Made by a program: the position numbers and the translations under genes. A DNA stretch of 63,622 nucleotides, filler included, from Chiloscyllium plagiosum (lineage: Eukaryota): the NCBI RefSeq assembly GCF_004010195.1. It is 4 parts of one record of this genome, joined end to end, with 100 filler letters (N's around TTAATTAATTAA, not from the genome) between each part and the next. Parts side by side here need not be neighbours in the genome. Positions count along the whole stretch, not along the records: positions 58,918 to 63,622 come from NC_057710.1; 3 more parts are not named here. The stretch is one strand, 5' to 3'. Under the pieces are notes generated by a model. That model worked only from the letters and a program-made list of their open reading frames with translations. It searched no databases and had not been told where the DNA came from. Positions 58,918 through 63,622 of this stretch are shown in pieces (position 1 is the stretch's first letter; each line of letters begins with the position of its first letter).

Positions 58918-61102
58918 TTTGGCTTCAGCGGTGTAGAGGTCAGTGCGCCAGACTACCACTGCGCCCCTTTATCTGCTGGCTTGATGGTGAGGTTGGGATT
59001 GGAGCAGAGGGATTGGAGGGCTGCACGTTGTGAGGGTGAGAGGTTGGAGTGGGGGAGGGAGGTAGACAGGTTGAGGTGGTTAATGTCCCGGCGGCAGTTG
59101 GAAATGAAGATGTCGAGGGCAGGTAATAGGCCAGCGCGGGGTGTCCAGGTGGATGCAGTGTGTTGGAGGTGGGCGAAGGGATCCTTGGAAGGTGGACGGG
59201 AATCCTGATTGTGAAAGTAAGCTCGGAGGCGGAGGCAACGGAAGAAGTGTTCGATGTCACGGCCTGTATTAAATTCATTGATGCGTGGATGGAGGGGGAT
59301 GAAGGTGAGTCCTTTGCTGATGACTGATCATTTGTCCTCAGTGAGGGGGAGGTCTGGAGGGATGGTGAAAACTCGGCAGGGTTGCGAGCTGGAATCTGGT
59401 GTGGGTGTGGAGCTGGGAGTGTGGGTGGAACCTGTAACTGGAGTGGGTGTGATGGTGGGGGGAATGGGGATGGAGTCATGACCAGGGGTAGTGTTCCCCT
59501 CGGGGTTCTGGGGGGTGGGGATAGTGACAGTGGGGTCTGTGGGGGGGGCGTGGATTAGTGGTGCTGGAAGAGCACAGCAATTCAGGCAGCATCCAAGGAC
59601 AGGCAAAATCCGAGGACAGGCAAAATCGACGTTTCGGACAAAAGCCCTTCATCAGGACTTTGTTTCCTGATGAAGGGCTTTTGCCCGAAACATCGTTTTT
59701 GCCTGTCCTCGGATTTTGCCTGTCCTCGGATGCTGCCTGAATTGCTGTGCTCTTCCAGCACCACTAATCCAGAATCTGGTTTCCAGCATCTGCAGTCATT
59801 GTTTTTACCTCTGTGGGGGGCGTGTCAGCTGAATGCAGGTCAGTGGTGTTGGTGGGGGCGGAAGTGGTGGTGACCACGGCAGTAGGGGTGGCGGAAGTCA
59901 CTGAGCATGTGGCATCAGCGATAATGTGAGGGGCAGAAGTGATGTCACGTGTGATGCATGAGGAATTGTGAGGGGTGGAAGTGGCCATGATTGGGGCGGA
60001 AGTGACATCATCAATCAACGTGGGGGTGGCAGCTGCATCAGCCGCATGGCTAATGGCGTCGGAGTAGATTCCGAGGCCAGTGGAATCTTCTGGAATGTTT
60101 GAAGAGCGCTGGTTATGGAGGCGGGTAGATAAAAGTTAATGTACTTACAGTTTTTGATGTTTGAGATGGAATTGAAATACTGTTTGTTGAGAGTATGAAT
60201 TCTCCTGAGGATGTAGTACAGAGTGGGTCCTTTGCAATTCTGAGAGAGTGTGGCCCTCAGCTGAGGCAGGGCTGACTGTAGAGAGTTTAGGTGCTGGCGC
60301 ATTGCTGCGTGTGTGGAACAGAGGATCTTGAAGGAGAACTGTTGCTGGTGTTTTTGAATCTGTAGTCTGTACTGTTTGTCCTGTTCGGGTCCGAACTCTG
60401 CTGGTTTAAAGGTGGTCCGGAGTCCGTGTGGGATGAGTTGGTTACGGAGGCAGGCAGTGAGGAAGCAAATGTGGCTGTGGTAGCGAGTTTGTTTCATGAC
60501 ATGGTTGAATAGCTTCAGGGCAGAGAAAATGACCTGTGAGTTGCAGTGGGAGAGGACTCCCTGAGATTCTTGTAGAGAGAGGAGGAAAACGTCTTCAAAG
60601 CAGGCGTCCTTGCAAGAGGATTCGCAGTAGGGTTAAAATCAATGAGGTAAAAACAATGACTGCAGATGCTGGAAACCAGATTCTGGATTAGTGGTGCTGG
60701 AAGAGCACAGCAGTTCAGGCAGCATCCAAGGAGCAGCGAAATCGATGTTTCGGGCAAAAGCCCTTCATACTTCCAGCTCAGCACTGTCCCCATGACTTGT
60801 CCGGACTTGTCCTACCTGCCTATCTCCTTTCCACCTATCCACTCCACCCTCTCCTCCCTGACCTATCACCTTCATCCCCTCCCCCACTCACCCATTGTAC
60901 TCTATGCTACTCTCTCCCCACCCCCACCCTCCTCTAGCTTATCTCTCCACGCTTCAGGCTCACTGCCTTTATTCCTGATGAAGGATTTTTGCCCAAAACG
61001 TCGATTTCGCTGCTCCTTGGATGCTGCCTGAACTGCTGTGCTCTTCCAGCACCACTAATCCAGAATCTGGTTTCCAGCATCTGCAGTCATTGTTTTTACC
61101 TC
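58918..61102 (-). mobile_element. Penelope-like retroelement 5' portion with upstream inverted pLTR
   Basis: Minus-strand broken ORF: RYHSHICFLTACLRNQLIPHGL, then VFTIPPDLPLTEDK*SVISKGLTFIP, FFRCLRLRAYF, SNLSPSQRAALQSL, TIKPADKG-AVVVWRTDLY (PLE RT N-terminal motifs). Minus pLTR piece at 60645-60768, plus pLTR at 60769-61102. Confidence 0.9.
59553..59809. mobile_element. Palindromic double-hammerhead mini-element nested in the PLE ORF
   Basis: TSD TCTGT(G8/G6)CGTG at 59536-59552 and 59810-59824; arms ~59551-59770; hammerheads at 59624-59658 (-, intact core) and 59664-59696 (+, ACAT instead of ACGT). Confidence 0.88.
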
Positions 61103-61527
61103 TATATTTCTTCATCTACTGAAAGTATGATGAGGATTGAAGGAACCCTTGTGAAATTTTAGTCCCTTGAGTAGTGGATTGAAACATTAGCAATTAACAT
61201 TAGTTTCATTCATCGTAAAATGCATATGCAAAAACGTTGTGGTTTTCAGTAAGAGCGACTGGTTCAATATCGTATGCAGCCCTCAGCAAGAGGAAGTGTT
61301 GCATTAACAATTCTGGCTAAGAACCATTAAGAACTGGTACTGTAATTAAGATAGGAACATCATATGATAAAACCTGTAAGACTTACCTATGCTGAGAAAA
61401 GATGGTGCACTTGCAGCACATCTCACAATGTTTTTAATCAAAGACCTTTGACTCCCTAAAAAAATCTAAACATGAGCTCATGGAATGTTCCATAACAATC
61501 AAGGGCAGTTTTAAAAAGGGACTCCCG

Positions 61528-61726
61528 ATGAGCTGCCAGAGGATGTGGTGGAGGCTGGTACAATTGCAACATTTAAGAGGCATTTGGATGAATAGGAAGG
61601 GTTTGGAGGGATATGGGCCGGGTGCTGGCAGGTGGGAGTAGATTGGTTTGGGATATCTGGTCGGTGTGGACAGGTTGGACCGAAGGGTCTGTATCCATGC
61701 TATACATCTCTATGACACTATGACTC
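61528..61726 (+). mobile_element. CR1 3' end
   Basis: ELPEDVVEAGTIATFKRHLD; CTATGACACTATGACT tail. Confidence 0.88.
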
Positions 61727-61744
61727 AGGTAAGATATATTTTCA

Positions 61745-61850
61745 AATCAACTAGTTCAGGGATGTTATTACTCACCTCTGGAATAGGTAGGATTTGAACC
61801 CAGGACTCCTGATCCAGAGGTAGTAAGACTACCACTGTGCTACAAGGTCC
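61745..61850 (-). mobile_element. tRNA-derived SINE head fragment
   Basis: Minus strand TAGCACAGTGG (A box) ... GGTTCAAATCC (B box); no convincing cloverleaf. Confidence 0.55.
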
Positions 61851-62329
61851 TACTAAGCTACAATAATATATCACGGCTTACAGAAAGCAGCTGAGCTTTT
61901 ATTGACATAATTTATTTTAATGATTGGCAACTGGTCAAGCCATTTATTGGATATGCGAAGGCTTGCAGTTCACAAATGCTATGTTTCTACTCTTTATTGT
62001 TTAACAACAGAGAGACACTGATATCTTTAAAAGTCAAGGGAACAAATTTTAGGAACAATGGATGTAACTGAAATTTGTTTCTCTTTAATGTAAATTTGGC
62101 CTTCTGACGTTTGAAGTTGTATCTCCCTATCAAAATCCATCATGACATTAAACATCTTTATCAAAAATGATCCTATAACCTCTTCTATTATGAGGAGGAC
62201 TTGGAATTATGATACGGGTAGCAGAGCTTTGTATGAGCTCAGGTTTGCACATAGTATGATAATGTCATATCATGAAATAATGTAGATAAAACATTTTCTT
62301 ACACTTCTCCTTGTGCATAGCCCCTAATC

Positions 62330-63070
62330 TTAGAGTAATAGAGTCATAGATTCTTTAGTCTAACTAATCCATGCCGACCACGTTCCCAAACTAAACTAAC
62401 CCCGCTTGCCTGCATTTGTCCATACCCCTCCAAGCTTTTCACATTCACTTACTTATCCAAATGTCATTTAAATGTTGTAACTGTACCTGCATCCACCACT
62501 TCCTCTGACAGTTCATTCCACGTACGAACCATTCTGTGTGAAAAAATTGCCTTTCAGGTCAATTTCAAATCTCTGTCCTCTCATCTTAAAATTATGCCCC
62601 CAATGTTGAAATTGCCTACCCTAGGGAAAAGACCTTTGTTTTTCACCTTAAGTTTCCCCTCATGATTTTATAAACCTGCCTAAGGTCACCCCTCAACCTC
62701 TTACACTCCAGTGAAAAAAGTTCCAGCCTATCCAGCCTCTCCTTATAACTCAAAGTCTCCATTCCCAGTGACATCCTGGTAAATCTTTTCTGAGCCCTCT
62801 CCAATTTAATAATATCCTTCCTAAAGCAGGGTGACTAGAACTACACACAGTACTCCAGAAGAGGCCTCACCTACATCCAGTACAACCTCAACATGACACT
62901 GCAACTCCTATACTCAAACGATCTGAGCAATGAATGCAAGTATGCTAAATGCCTTCTTAACCGCCCTGTATACCTATTTGTTTGGTTCATCAAAATGCAT
63001 TACCTCACATTTATCCAAATTAAACTCCATCTGCCACTCCTCAGCCCATTGACCCAATCAACCATACTTG
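62330..63070 (-). mobile_element. CR1 3' portion, decayed
   Basis: Similar to the other CR1 3' ends; TAGAGTCATAGA tail. Confidence 0.85.
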
Positions 63071-63269
63071 CCACCCAACAGTGCTGCCAGATCACAGGCC
63101 CACCTACCCAGCAGTTACATGGCAGTATCTTTTTATTCTGTGGTAAACAGTTTTGTTCAGCCAGTTCGGGGGGGAAGGGGGATCTTGAACCTAAACTCTT
63201 TGGAGGAAGGTACACTCTCATTGCACCATAAGAGCCCTATTATTCCCTGGTGCAATCATGCTGGAACCT

Positions 63270-63392
63270 CACTAAAGGTTGGCGTGCAGGTGCAGCAGGC
63301 AGTGAGGAAAGCTAATTGCACACTGGCTTTCATAGCCAGAGGATTTGAGATTCGGAGTAAGGATGTCCTGCTGCAGTTATGCAGGGCCTTGA
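63270..63392 (+). mobile_element. CR1 ORF2 fragment
   Basis: LKVGVQVQQAVRKANCTLAFIARGFEIRSKDVLLQLCRAL. Confidence 0.8.
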
Positions 63393-63622
63393 TGACAATA
63401 GACAATAGACAATAGACAATAGGTGCAGGAGTAGGCCATTCTGCCCTTCGAGCCTGCACCACCATTCAACATGATCATGGCTGATCATTCCTAATCAGTA
63501 TCCTGTTCCTGCCTTATCTCCTTAACCCTTGATTCCACTATCTTTGAGAGCTCTATCCAACTCTTTCTTAAATAGTTGGATAGAGGCCCAATCCAGAGGC
63601 TGGGCCTCCACTGCCCTCTGGG
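63393..63622 (-). mobile_element. CR1 3' end with (CTATTGT)n tail
   Basis: (GACAATA)4 at 63394-63421 then GGTGCAGGAGTAGGCCATT...ATCATGGCTGATC. Confidence 0.85.

Noticed and set aside
58940..59479. 179-aa Pro/Ser-rich ORF as a novel protein
   Set aside because: It is an alternative frame of the C-rich PLE coding strand; the PLE motifs (KGLTFIP, KPADKG) lie in another frame.
60740..61006. Active ribozymes in the pLTRs of the large PLE
   Set aside because: The minus copy is truncated within CTGATGA at the inversion junction (~60768), and the plus copy has AAAA in place of GAAA plus a disrupted stem II. Copies at 3556, 13518, 14746, 21921, 45988 and 56437-56502 are similarly decayed.

Overview
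Eukaryotic, repeat-dense genomic DNA. It is almost certainly from a cartilaginous fish (shark), judged by HE1/V-SINE-type and Deu-type SINEs plus CR1, Rex1/Babar and Penelope-like elements (PLEs). The only host coding sequence I can support is one 109-nt internal exon of MAEA (GID/CTLH E3 ligase subunit) on the minus strand at 1806-1914. The rest is intronic or intergenic: nested and decayed LINEs, SINEs, two TA-flanked MITEs, several non-repetitive TAAT-rich blocks that may be conserved enhancers, and four assembly gaps, three of which carry an artificial TTAATTAATTAA linker. The most interesting signal is invisible in the ORF track. About 20 intact, decayed or partial minimal hammerhead-ribozyme motifs (CTGANGA-N-stemII-GAA-palindromic 4-mer-H), in four covarying sequence families, sit in PLE terminal repeats and in short fold-back insertions. 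These insertions have an unpaired ~35-nt tail, and several have 11-15 bp target-site duplications (TSDs). Two identical intact ribozymes lie in tandem 253 nt apart on the MAEA-sense strand. PLE-associated minimal hammerheads are a known class, so the claim here is an unannotated shark ribozyme/fold-back element set, not a new ribozyme class. Boundaries of decayed repeats are approximate, read by eye.
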